DNA of 64,000 bases from Spirochaetaceae bacterium. Lineage in GTDB: Bacteria > Spirochaetota > Spirochaetia > DSM-2461. Positions 1-10,157 of this stretch are shown piece by piece. The position numbers and the translations under genes were made by a program. The stretch is taken from positions 664,315 through 728,314 of the forward strand of contig JAOPTT010000006.1 in assembly GCA_051531975.1 (NCBI GenBank), read 5' to 3'. Below the pieces are notes generated by a model. The model did not search any database, had not been told where the DNA came from, and worked only from the letters and a program-made list of their open reading frames with translations. The first letter of the stretch is position 1, and the number at the start of each line of letters is the position of its first letter.

Positions 1-541
1 AAAAGTAATGAAATGAAAAATTCTGGTTAGTGATAGTAATGATGTCCAAACTTAGCCATAGCTATCAGATTATTTAACATAAAAATGTAACGACCATAAA
101 CACCTAATTATATAGATAACCTAAAATATTCATCTGGTGTGACCAAAACCCAAAACTGTAATCAAAAAAAATAGATAAGTGTAAAAAGGTTCTTGGAAAG
201 TTCGTTTCGCTAAACACGGATATATTGACCTATGATCTGATGCTGTTGGAAATCACAGGATTATGCAGTTGGAACCTACAATTGATATTATTAAAATATC
301 CCGGTGTTATTTAGTATACAGCCAAACTCATATTTGATAATTACTTTATTACCATCAACTGGACTAACAACAGTGCCAATGAGATAAATCTAAATATCAG
401 ATAAGCATTATTCAAGGTTGGTCAAAGATTATTTTTTGATGTGGATAAACTATTAAACATAATTATAGATCTCTGTAGCTATTATCTAAGTAGGTACAGT
501 ATAAGAAATAAGAATCACTCGAGGTGGAGGGTTATTTTAAT

Positions 542-699
542 TGTGAACAAAATTGTGAACAAAAAAAATACAAAACTGTACAAAAGCAGACAAACCCATA
601 TAAATCAAAATGTTTTAAATCCTTTTAATATATAAAGTTATACAAAACAGTACAAAGCTATACAAATAATGATATCAGGTTCGATTCCCTCCACCTCCA
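542..699 (+). repeat. att-like repeat copy 1 (arm doublet, phased heptamers, tmRNA-like 3' core)
   Basis: TGTGAACAA at 542 and 554; RTACAAA-like motifs; TATAAAGTTATACA at 631-644; GGTTCGATTCCCTCCACCTCCA at 678-699. Confidence 0.85.
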
Positions 700-704
700 A
701 AAAC

Positions 705-755
705 AAGACTCTTGTAATTCTATATACAGAAAAGAATTACAAGAGTTTTTCTTTT
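705..755 (+). terminator. Intrinsic terminator-like hairpin immediately after the tmRNA-like core
   Basis: AAGACTCTTGTAATTC...GAATTACAAGAGTTTT followed by a T tract; near-identical copy at 11330-11380. Confidence 0.75.
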
Positions 756-769
756 GATACATATTCAAA

Positions 770-878
770 TGTAGCCAATACTGTAGCCAATACCTAAATA
801 AAGATGGACTGAAACTGTATTTTAAGCAGTCTAGAGGCTAAAAAAAGTATAGGATTCTCAGTTCAACCCTCCACCTCT
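770..878 (+). repeat. Short-type att-like repeat (arm doublet plus degenerate core)
   Basis: TGTAGCCAA at 770 and 782; GTTCAACCCTCCACCTCT at 861-878; homologous to 11394-11502. Confidence 0.7.
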
Positions 879-950
879 GAATTAATATAATTTATATTCT
901 GCTATTTTGTGATCTGCAAATTCAAAAAGTTATAATTTAGTAGAAATAAG

Positions 951-1853
951 TTATTTACACCTAAACCCACATTCTTTATTTATGTTGTTATTATTTAATC
1001 CCATAAAATTGATTGGAGTATTGGGAAACTCTATTAATAGATTATTAAACTTATTAATAAATTCATCATACTCATCTAATGGTTTTATAAGTTCACCTAT
1101 TATATCCAATATTATGATTATTTTTTTTCTTTGCTTAGTGCTATATATTCTTTGCATATTTTTAGTAATTGAAGGTTTTATTGTGAGTGATGAATTCCAA
1201 AGCCTACCGTGATGGGCACAAATATTTCTTATTGTAGTAATCGATTGAACCCAGGACTCTAATAAAAATGGTTTAACTCTGAAATAATTTGCTATATTTT
1301 TTTTTACATCCTTATTTTCTAATGATTTATATATTTTTGACCAGCTCCCAAAAGATATTACCTCAATTAACATCCATGATGCAGGTATTTTGGGTTCAGT
1401 ATATTTATCTATGTAATTTTTTATAAAAATCTCATTGCTTCTTTTAATTTCTCTCCCAATATCTAAAATAAATTTTTCATGATCAAACTGTGCATTTACA
1501 TGTTTTTTTGATAATGGCCAATGAGAATCTTTACTGTTTAATGACATATGTAAATTTAGTTGAGTCCGAAATGCTACTTCTATATGGGTAATTGCATCAA
1601 ATAATATAGTTCTTAACTTATCATCAAAATTATACAGATCAACTACATTTTTAAAATCTGTATTTTTTTTATATTTATGGGTTCTCTTCCTATCTTCAAA
1701 AATTTCATAGTGTAAAGCATATCCAACAAATCTATAATAGCTTACTTTATTTAGAAACTTCGTTGCAAAATCTCTATTGGAGATTACCATACCTCTAGAC
1801 TCTAATATATTAAGTTGTTCTTCAATGTTTGTTGGAGGTGAATTATATTTGAT
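951..1853 (-). CDS. Abi family (AbiF/AbiD-like, Abi_2) HEPN ribonuclease toxin
   Basis: YYRF..Y, LYNFD..LR, IEVAFRT and Rx4H motif RNICAH. Frame is open 21 codons upstream of the ORF-track ATG (1790), giving IKYNSPPTNIEEQLNILESRG with an AGGGGG RBS before ATC at 1853. Confidence 0.85.
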   Translation of the reverse strand: MKYNSPPTNIEEQLNILESRGMVISNRDFATKFLNKVSYYRFVGYALHYEIFEDRKRTHKYKKNTDFKNVVDLYNFDDKLRTILFDAITHIEVAFRTQLNLHMSLNSKDSHWPLSKKHVNAQFDHEKFILDIGREIKRSNEIFIKNYIDKYTEPKIPASWMLIEVISFGSWSKIYKSLENKDVKKNIANYFRVKPFLLESWVQSITTIRNICAHHGRLWNSSLTIKPSITKNMQRIYSTKQRKKIIIILDIIGELIKPLDEYDEFINKFNNLLIEFPNTPINFMGLNNNNINKECGFRCK

Positions 1854-1880
1854 AGATATCCCCCTGTTTCATTGGTTATA

Positions 1881-1930
1881 AAAAAGAAGACCCGTTCTGG
1901 TCCGCATCGTAGAGAGGCGTAACGGGTACT
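1881..1930 (-). ncRNA. Putative abiF-type RNA (antitoxin/leader hairpin) upstream of the Abi gene
   Basis: GC-rich island in AT-rich DNA; minus strand reads ACCCGTT-ACGCCTCTCTACGATGCGGACCAG-AACGGGT-CTTCTTTTTT; position directly 5' of an AbiF-like gene. Confidence 0.65.
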
Positions 1931-2065
1931 GTTAATTTAATCTTAATATGGAGTGTTAAAAATAACAACTGCTTTATATAGATATTTACTCACTATTCAT
2001 GAAATTTTAATGTCAGAATTAATACAACCTTCACTAATTGCACAATCTCTCTTAAATACTACTCA

Positions 2066-2221
2066 TGTAGCCAATATTGTAGCCAAAACCCATACAAACT
2101 GGTGCAAAACAGTACTAAACCATACAAAGTCTATGACGTTTAAGTTGCGACTCTATATAAAGTTATACAAAAGAAAGCAAAACGATACAAAACATATTGG
2201 AGGTTTCGATTCCCTCCACCT
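2066..2221 (+). repeat. att-like repeat copy 2
   Basis: TGTAGCCAA at 2066 and 2078; heptamers at 2092, 2102, 2112, 2122; TGGAGGTTTCGATTCCCTCCACCT ending 2221. Confidence 0.9.
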
Positions 2222-2913
2222 TCATTTCATGCTTATGTAAATCATTATATCGGATATGAATAATCCATTTGTATATGTCCCTGCATAAACTTTAGTATCA
2301 CTAACAAACAGGCAGTCCACATCATTTGTACCAAGTTGTGCAGTTTCGAAGGAATTTGTGGATATATTGTAAATACTTAAACCCTGAAGTGTACCGATAA
2401 AAATATAATTGCCAGAGCCAGTAATATTATTAATCTGGTTATTTGTTAGACCGTCATCCGTAGTAAGGTTGTCCAATTTGTGCCACCATCGTTTGAATAA
2501 AGCAGACCATTGGAGGAAGTTCCAACGTATATATTCTGCCCAGATGCATAAACACATGTGGTAGTCACATTGGAAATAGATGTTCCTGTATATGATGTTA
2601 TATCAAAAGTTTTGGAAAACGAAACATTAGGTAGGTCGGAAGTGAAAGTAATATAGATATCATCAGAAACAGTATTTTTACTGTCTGTAACTTCTATTAA
2701 TAAATCTTTTTCCCATAACCAACTAGGATTTCCATTAGGTACATATCCATCAATGTAGGACAGAACATGCTTTCCATTCCCATCTACTCCATATGACTTA
2801 GGAACCCAATCTAAACCCTTTTTATTAACATGCAGAAGCAGATTGTGGATTGTATCTGAAGCTTCAGTTACATCTTTATAAATTAAATTATCCTTTTTAA
2901 GAGGTTTATTCAT
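2222..2913 (-). pseudogene. Chimeric remnant: phosphotransferase-like N-terminus fused to a frameshifted beta-propeller (BNR-like) fragment
   Basis: First ~75 aa (HNLLLHV..KGLDWVPKSYGVDGNGKHVLSYIDG) resemble APH/kinase-fold N-termini. The rest has YVGTSSNGLLYSNDGGTNWT, and continues in another frame as LTTDDGLTNNQIN..YAGTYTNGLFIS. Confidence 0.55.
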
Positions 2914-2976
2914 ATTTCCACCCTCTAATACTTCGTATTCACTTTAATCCATTTTATCTCCTATTGTAATTAGTAT

Positions 2977-3597
2977 TTAACCAAAGTGATGTATTGAGTA
3001 AGTATTTTCATTTGCAAACAGTTTACCAGTATTACTATCTTTAGCTGAAAAAACATCAGACTGAAATATATTTATATCATGATCTAAAACTTGATATGTG
3101 TTAGTGTCCTTCCAGCCAAAATATAATAACGTTATTTCTGATACCAATACTGAGTTTGGAACGTCGTTATATCTACCATCTTTTAACAAAAAATCTTTTT
3201 CATCATATTCTTTTAATAGCCTGCCAATCCATGGATGATTTTTTATTGCACCAATTATTCCAGTACCTAGTAGTTTATTACCTTCATATCCAGCAAAAGC
3301 TTTAAAGTTCAATAAATCATCAAATGATTTAAGTACTTCAACATCGGTATCAAAATAAATTCCTCCCAATTTATTCAAAACATATAGCCTAACATAGTCA
3401 GTTACATAAGCATATTTTTTAGCATCATATGCCTCCGAAACAAATTTATTTGATCTGATATCAAAGTTTTCTTCATTCCATAAAACAAGTTCATATTCAG
3501 GTAAGTATTTCTTCCAGGATTTTATGCTTTCTTTTGCTTCACTCGATAATTCTCCATTACCAAACCAACAATAATGTATTTTTTTAGATATTGACAT
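2977..3597 (-). CDS. DXD-motif glycosyltransferase (GT32/Och1-like)
   Basis: KKIHYCWFG, SWKKYLPEYE, DYVRLYVL, GGIYFDTDVEV, YSIHHF. Confidence 0.85.
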   Translation of the reverse strand: MSISKKIHYCWFGNGELSSEAKESIKSWKKYLPEYELVLWNEENFDIRSNKFVSEAYDAKKYAYVTDYVRLYVLNKLGGIYFDTDVEVLKSFDDLLNFKAFAGYEGNKLLGTGIIGAIKNHPWIGRLLKEYDEKDFLLKDGRYNDVPNSVLVSEITLLYFGWKDTNTYQVLDHDINIFQSDVFSAKDSNTGKLFANENTYSIHHFG

Positions 3598-3705
3598 ATT
3601 TTAACTCCTTCCATATCAATTTTAGTTTGTAATATTGTTTAACCATTAAATAGTTCAGTTGCACATCATCTTTTACGTAATTTTCACTGAGAATTTTATT
3701 TTCCT

Positions 3706-4601
3706 TTATATAATCTTCTTAATATTATTTTTTAACCGGAAGTGTGTATAGCCAGTAAAAAGTATGAAGAGAACTACCCATACTATCGTACCAGAAAAAC
3801 CTGTTTCTATACCAAACTCAGTTCCTGTTATATTGCTAGAAATAGTTGACTCAGTAATAGCCCCATATAGAGTTGGTCCAATAGTTTTCCCTGAAATATT
3901 AAAAAAGCCTTCAACAACAAAATCATATGCAAAATGCAAAGATATAGGCAAAATTAAGGACTGTGTTTTGTAATATAAAAAACTAAACAACATACCTGCT
4001 ACTAAAATATTTAAAAATAGCACCAATGGATTACCCTGATTCGAATTTGATACAAAAAAATGTACTAAAGAAAATATTGATGCAGAGATCAAGCATGCAT
4101 TAAATGGCTTTTTAAGTATTTGTTCTAAGCGTTTTTGAAAGAACCCTCTAAAAAGGACCTCTTCTCCAACTACTGCAGCCAAACTTGTTACAAAAGCTAG
4201 AGCAACAGGGTGTATTAGATGCTGTGGCGAAAAACGATCAAGCATCCAACCAGAAACTAACAGACATTTATTCATGGTAAAAACAAGATATGCACTTGTC
4301 AGCACAAGAAATGTCCCTAAAAGTCCAACTAAAGAATCCTGAATTATAAACTTATGATCACCAAGAGCGTGAACTTTAAAGTTTTCATTTCTTGCATATC
4401 GGAAATATATAGATACAAATACAATTATGACTCCAATAGAAAAAATCCTAGGTAAAAATCCAGAGAATTCCTCAAATAGTCCAAGTCGAACTAGTGCAAA
4501 TCTAGTAATAAAAGAGACAATAACTATAGAAAGTTGAGTCCCTATAAAATTACTATAAGCCAGATTATATGAAGAAGAATGTTTTTAAGTTTATTAAGCA
4601 T
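3706..4601 (-). pseudogene. CPBP/CAAX intramembrane protease with an apparent N-terminal frameshift
   Basis: EEVLFRG, FSLVH and ISLHFAYD motifs; frame is open to ~4560; RBS-preceded ATG at 4601 is one base out of frame. Confidence 0.65.
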
Positions 4602-4674
4602 TTTATTCCTTTTGAAAAATTTAAATCTTACTGTATATAACACGCAAATACTGTGTAAATGTTACTTAAAATTA

Positions 4675-5214
4675 TTACCAGTATTCAGGTTTATTTATAG
4701 CATCAACACAGAATGAATTATCAGTAATAGATTGGATTTTATCACTTACCAAAGACTGTGCTAACCAACCTTCTGGATACTCAAGTTTTAAAGGAGCTTT
4801 CACAATTTTTTCAGATATTTTATTGTACCCAACTTTTGAGTAAAAATTAATATCACCATAAGTAAAAACCTGTTCTACATAATTTCCTTTTAAATCCTTG
4901 TGACCAAAATTAATCAATTTTTGACCTATTCCTTTTTTTTGATAATCTGAATGGATAGCCACTGGAGCTAATAAAAATGTATTAATTTTACACTCTTCAA
5001 ACTTCAACCTGGAAAAGAGAATACAGCCTATAATTTTTTTATCATCAATAGCGATATAAACATGTAGATCATTTTTATCTGTTTTAGTCATTAATTCAAA
5101 AGCTAAGTTTCCTATTAACATTCCTTCTTCAACACCTTCAGAATCTGAAAATGTCTTGATAAATAACTCTTGTATTTTCTCTATGTTTTCTGATTTATAA
5201 TTTGAAAATTCCAT
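4675..5214 (-). CDS. GNAT family N-acetyltransferase (YhbS-like)
   Basis: LLAPVAIHSDYQKKGIGQKLI, YGDINFYSKVGY, PEGWLAQSL. Confidence 0.85.
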   Translation of the reverse strand: MEFSNYKSENIEKIQELFIKTFSDSEGVEEGMLIGNLAFELMTKTDKNDLHVYIAIDDKKIIGCILFSRLKFEECKINTFLLAPVAIHSDYQKKGIGQKLINFGHKDLKGNYVEQVFTYGDINFYSKVGYNKISEKIVKAPLKLEYPEGWLAQSLVSDKIQSITDNSFCVDAINKPEYW

Positions 5215-5277
5215 TCGATATCCTTCTTATATTATTTAATTATTGAAAATGATAACTTATACTCATTCCATGAAGAT

Positions 5278-6058
5278 CTACTTTTGTGAAAAGATCCAGT
5301 CTGCTACCTTTTTATTAACAATGTCTGGATTTTCCCATAAAGGGAATCCCCCTGCATTAGGAATAATAATACTTTCAACCATTTCATTTTTATCTAATAA
5401 GTTCCTCATTCCATGAAATTCAGTCATATCGTAATTACCATTATATGCTAATATCGGTAATTTTAATTTTTTTAATTGATTAATGATATCCATAGTATCT
5501 TTAGTTTTTTTTTCAGATAACCAAGGTTTCCCACTAAATGATTGAAGAATTTTAAGATGATCTTCTGATCTTGTTTCTTTTGGGTTACGTCGCATATATT
5601 TTTGGGTTACGTCGCATATATTCAAACCATTCCGAATGTGTAAACCAATTATTAATAGCCTCATCAATTCCTTTCTCAAAAATTATAGACCTGGCTCTAT
5701 TTATATTTTTATTAAATCCAGGAATTACGACACCCTCGAATATAAACAGTCTTATACTGAATACTTTTTTTAAATATAAATTAAGACCAATTGCTGTACT
5801 TGTATGAGTCCCCCAATATATGAAATCATCAATTATTAGATATTTTAATAATTCTATAATATCTTCAGTGTATTCTTCTATTCCAAATGGACCATCATGT
5901 TCTGAATTACCATGCCCTCTTAGATCTAATGTTAAGCAGTTGAAACTATCCCTAAAAAACTCAATTTGTTTGTTAAATATGGCCAGATTCTGTGTAAAAC
6001 CGTGTACAAACACAATTGTCTGTTTTTGGTTATTATTTTCAAAATTATAATTTATCAA
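5278..6058 (-). pseudogene. Alpha/beta hydrolase split by a 22-bp tandem duplication
   Basis: VFVHGFTQN and DLRGHGNS motifs; TTTTGGGTTACGTCGCATATAT duplicated at 5578-5621; removing one copy gives a 759-bp single ORF. Confidence 0.85.
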
Positions 6059-6307
6059 TGAGTCCTCATAAATGTAAAGTTTACATTTTACTTCTTTAAT
6101 ATTAGATATTTTATTACTATTTTTTAATAAGGAAAACCATTTTTTATTGGTTTAAATAGTATATGCATAATAAGATCTTATATATCTTCTTAAAACAGTA
6201 TCATTTTTGGATTGATTCACATTTGATATTTGGTTGTCCATGCAACAATTGACATATCCTGTAATAAGGGCTAATTTAGTTATACAGACAACTAAAAAGG
6301 TTTATAA

Positions 6308-6748
6308 ATGATAAAAGTAAATGATTCAATATATTTTAATATTTCACGGGTGGCTCTTTTACTAAGGAGAGATTTTCTGCAAAATCTTAAAGAATTTAAT
6401 ATTACTCCTGAGCAGTGGTCAATAATGGCTTTTCTTAATGAAAAACAAAAGCCAATATCACAAAAGTCGATAGTAGAACATTTACTAAAAGATAAACATG
6501 CTGTTTCAAAAATGATTAATAAAATGGTAAAAAAAGAGTGGATAATAAAAGAAGCTGATATTAATGATAGCCGAGTAACACTGATATCTTTGACTAAAAA
6601 GGGAACTGAAGATATGCATACAATTGGAAATGTTCTATCCAAGTCTCAGCATAATAGAGAATATAATATGTTTCCTAATGAAGAGAAGAAGATGATTCTT
6701 AACTTTTTAAAACAAATTAGGATATTTTTTAATGATATAAAGGAGTAA
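6308..6748 (+). CDS. MarR family transcriptional regulator
   Basis: ITPEQWSIM, DKHAVSKMINKMVKKEWI, DSRVTLISLTKKG. Confidence 0.85.
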   Translation: MIKVNDSIYFNISRVALLLRRDFLQNLKEFNITPEQWSIMAFLNEKQKPISQKSIVEHLLKDKHAVSKMINKMVKKEWIIKEADINDSRVTLISLTKKGTEDMHTIGNVLSKSQHNREYNMFPNEEKKMILNFLKQIRIFFNDIKE

Positions 6749-6750
6749 TT

Positions 6751-7044
6751 ATGAATCCACTAAAAACAGTACAGGATCTAGATCCGGAATTAACTAAGAT
6801 AATGGAAGATTCCAGATTATTGGCATTTACGGAAGGATCATTAGATTTAAAAACTAAATATCTAATTGGTTTGTCCATAGATGCAACGAAAGGTACTCCT
6901 GAGGGAGTTAGAAGTTTAGCAATACAGGCATTAAAAAACGGAGCAACAAAAGATGAAATCAAAGAAGTAATAAGAATTGTATATCTAATTAATGGTGTTA
7001 GCAGCATGTATCCAGTATCAATTGGTCTCAAAGATTTAATATAG
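6751..7044 (+). CDS. Carboxymuconolactone decarboxylase/AhpD-like protein
   Basis: GSLDLKTKYLIGLSIDA, ALKNGATKDEIKEVI; 2 bp downstream of marR. Confidence 0.8.
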   Translation: MNPLKTVQDLDPELTKIMEDSRLLAFTEGSLDLKTKYLIGLSIDATKGTPEGVRSLAIQALKNGATKDEIKEVIRIVYLINGVSSMYPVSIGLKDLI

Positions 7045-7152
7045 GAATATTTTAAATAATTATTAACTAATTAAATTTCTAAAAAAAATGTTTCCAAGGG
7101 TAACATAATCCCTGGGAACACATCTATATCAATTTGAGAACTGGTAGAATAA

Positions 7153-8508
7153 TTACAGAATTCGATTATGTTTAATAACATTTTTATAATACTCTGCACT
7201 CAATTTAGGAGTTCTTTTTTGATTTTCAAAATTAACATAAACCAGACCAAAACGTTTGGTATACCCTTCAGCCCATTCAAAATTATCTAAAAAGCTCCAA
7301 ACAAAATATCCTTTTAATGGATACCCTTCTTCTATTGCCCTTGATGCACCTATAAAATGATTACGAAGATAAAAAATACGGTCTGTATCTAAAACCTCTC
7401 CATCTTTATTTAGTTTATCATTACAGGCACTACCACTTTCTGTAACATATATACTTTTAACATCCCATAGCTCATTAACATAGCGTGTACTCCAGTAGAT
7501 AGTTTCAGGACCAACCTTAATCCATGGAAGATCCATTGAAGGATGCGATGGTGCAAAGTCAACAACATTATACCCTTTAGCAGAATTCTTATCTGCTCTT
7601 ATATAGGTTGGATAATACATATTGATGCCTAAGTAATCTATAGGAGCATTTATTAACTTCATCTCATCCAGTGTATAATCAGGAGCATTATCCCCTTCTT
7701 CTTCAAGATACTTTTTAGAATATGAACCCTCTAGAAGAGGAGAAAGGAATGATCCATTTATATCATGAAAAGCTTGTTTGGCAGCAGCAATATGCTCTTC
7801 TGTTTCAAAAATTGGAACACAATTATATGGATTATCAGAAAGTCCAACCTTAATATCACCTTTTGCATTTTCCCGTAGTGCTTTAAGAGCATAGCCATGC
7901 CCCAAAAGTCCATTATGAAAAACCTGGTTTACTTTAGCTCTTGAGAGTGTTTTACCAGGAGCAAAGACTCCATCTCGATAACCTAACTCTGCAATGCATA
8001 TATAATCATTTAGTGTATAATAATTTTTTAGTCTATCTGATAACCGTTCAGATATGATACCAGCATAGTCACCAAAATATTTTGATGTCTCTTTTGATTC
8101 CCATCCACCATATTGATCTTCTAATACCTGTGGCAGATCCCAATGAAATAGTGTTGCACAGGGTTCTATGTTAGCTTCCAGAAGAGAATCTACAAGGCGG
8201 CTATAATAATCTATTCCCTTTTCATTAAATTCTCCTTTCCCATTGGGAAAGACTCGGGGCCAAGATATAGAGAATCTATAAGATTTTAATCCCATATTCT
8301 TCATTAAAACAATATCATCTTTGTAGAGATTATATTGATCACAGCTTATATCACCATTATGATCACTTTTAATTTTCCCTGGTATATGAGAGAAAGTATC
8401 CCAGATAGATTTACCCCTACCATCAATATTAACAGCACCCTCAACTTGATATGCTGACGTAGAACATCCCCATAAAAAATCTTTTGGCATTTTATATGAC
8501 TTACTCAT
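7153..8508 (-). CDS. GH1 beta-glucosidase
   Basis: FLWGCSTSAYQVEG, YRFSISWPR, TLFHWDLPQ, YVTESG nucleophile, DNFEWAEGY; acid/base position reads TLND rather than TLNE. Confidence 0.9.
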   Translation of the reverse strand: MSKSYKMPKDFLWGCSTSAYQVEGAVNIDGRGKSIWDTFSHIPGKIKSDHNGDISCDQYNLYKDDIVLMKNMGLKSYRFSISWPRVFPNGKGEFNEKGIDYYSRLVDSLLEANIEPCATLFHWDLPQVLEDQYGGWESKETSKYFGDYAGIISERLSDRLKNYYTLNDYICIAELGYRDGVFAPGKTLSRAKVNQVFHNGLLGHGYALKALRENAKGDIKVGLSDNPYNCVPIFETEEHIAAAKQAFHDINGSFLSPLLEGSYSKKYLEEEGDNAPDYTLDEMKLINAPIDYLGINMYYPTYIRADKNSAKGYNVVDFAPSHPSMDLPWIKVGPETIYWSTRYVNELWDVKSIYVTESGSACNDKLNKDGEVLDTDRIFYLRNHFIGASRAIEEGYPLKGYFVWSFLDNFEWAEGYTKRFGLVYVNFENQKRTPKLSAEYYKNVIKHNRIL

Positions 8509-9017
8509 ATAGACTCCTATTTAGTATTGTAATCATAGATTTTTATTATTTAGATGTAAATATTAAATGGATCATAATTTATTTACTGCCATCGATATTC
8601 ATTATCAATGAGTTATACTGTCCAATTTAAGAAATATATATAAGTGATTAATATGAAACTTTATACTTTTGTTTATCGAGCCATTGATGTCCATATACAA
8701 TAAAACCTTCTCTACCATTGAATCTATCAACCCCAAAAATTGAGCCTTGATTTTTATCTAAAAATCGGAGCTTTAATATAAGCTGTTCATCTTTCCTTTT
8801 AAGATTTATTAATTTAATATGATTTTGAAGTACTTCATGAAAAACTATTGGATTAGTCTTTTCTGATTTTTAGTGTTTAAGATATCTTAATAATTACCTA
8901 AAACGGATTTAATATTGTTGTTCATAATATAGTCCAGGGTTTCAATTGAAAACTCAGCTCTTGTTATCATAAACAATAAGTCTAGACATCAACATTTCCT
9001 AAAAAATTTATTTGAAA

Positions 9018-9479
9018 TTAATTAATTGGAATAAAGATATCAATTTCAGATTTACTACTATTCCAATTAAAACGATTATCATATCTTTCATAATGTACCA
9101 TAGGTCTATCTAAGTTTAGCTTAAAACTATTTTTTGGCAATATGTCTTTATATATATCAAAATATGTAAATTTTAACTTATTCATGTCTCCACAATGAAC
9201 AAACTTAACGTATTTATTTTTAGGTATAACATATTGCTTTAAATTTACAGAATCTATAATTGGTACTGAAGGCATATAAAAATAACTATTATTCTTTTTG
9301 AATGTTAATCCGTATTTTTCCCAATTATGATCAATACGCCTTTTTATAGTATTAAACATACTATTAACTTTTTCCCAATGGTTAGATATGATTCTTTGAT
9401 TTTCTGTTTGAGACTTAGTAAGTAAAACAGGTAAACCTTCTACTTCTTTTTTATCTATTTCTAATATTTCCCAATTCAT
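9018..9479 (-). CDS. GyrI-like effector-binding protein
   Basis: IPKNKYVKFVHCG, YERYDNRF..SEIDIFIPI. Confidence 0.75.
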   Translation of the reverse strand: MNWEILEIDKKEVEGLPVLLTKSQTENQRIISNHWEKVNSMFNTIKRRIDHNWEKYGLTFKKNNSYFYMPSVPIIDSVNLKQYVIPKNKYVKFVHCGDMNKLKFTYFDIYKDILPKNSFKLNLDRPMVHYERYDNRFNWNSSKSEIDIFIPIN

Positions 9480-9522
9480 TTACTAAAGTTCCTACCAACT
9501 GATAATAAAACAATCGTTTATT

Positions 9523-10008
9523 TTAATCAAATTCACCAATTATCAGCCCACTGTTATGTGCAATATAGACAGTTTCTCCATCACAAAACACTCCATTTGC
9601 TGAAATATTTGGGAACGACGTATACCTGTCTACTTCAACATCTTGCCAATTTAATCCATCATCGGCCGAAATCTACAGTTTCCCACCATATTTAACACAT
9701 ACCAAGTATGTTCCATCATTGGCAAACCCCATTATTGAACCACCACCAAGAGTATAATAGTCATCAACAAAAGTCTCTCCTGAATCTGTAGATCTAGAAT
9801 AGTAGGTGTCGATAGCTGCAACAACAGTACTTCCTGAAACATATAATAATTTCATATCTGGAGTATAATCCGAATAAGCAACTACTAAAGTGTCAGCATT
9901 TGAATAATCCAGGTTTAAAGTGGTTAAAATATGATCACCAGCAACATACAAGGTTGATGTATAAATAATTAATCGTATAAGAACTTTGGTATAGATTTTT
10001 ACAATCAC
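9523..10008 (-). pseudogene. Beta-propeller/BNR-repeat protein C-terminal remnant with internal TAG
   Basis: SRSTDSGETF; after the TAG at 9673-9675 the frame continues ISADDGLNWQD...GLIIGEFD to TAA at 9523. Confidence 0.55.
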
Positions 10009-10157
10009 CTTTAATTATCTAAGGGATTTCATCCCTTTATTAGTTTGAAATTCACCACAATATATCTATCTTGTTTATCTCTGACTATTAATATATAGAA
10101 ATCTTTAATCTAATTGACCAGCCACTATAAAGACTATAAAGACTATAAAATTAGAGT

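Noticed and set aside
138..170. TGTGACCAAAAC..CAAAACTGTAATCAAAA as another repeat copy (likewise TGTAACCAAAATTGGATAGCCA near 12842)
   Set aside because: Only an arm-like fragment, with no heptamer array or core; a possible relic but too weak to call
441..635. ORF 441..635 (and 1953..2240)
   Set aside because: Low-complexity translations running through the att-like repeats; likely spurious
631..644. TATAAAGTTATACA as a dif/Xer site
   Set aside because: Only loose resemblance; no 11-6-11 XerC/XerD arrangement; explained as part of the repeat
678..699. Intact tRNA or tmRNA gene at any core
   Set aside because: Only the T-loop and 3' acceptor strand are present; upstream DNA cannot form the 5' acceptor strand, D arm or anticodon arm
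8600..9000. Possible degraded gene between the GH1 and GyrI-like genes
   Set aside because: Multiple stops in the frames read and no recognisable motif; cannot be supported without a search
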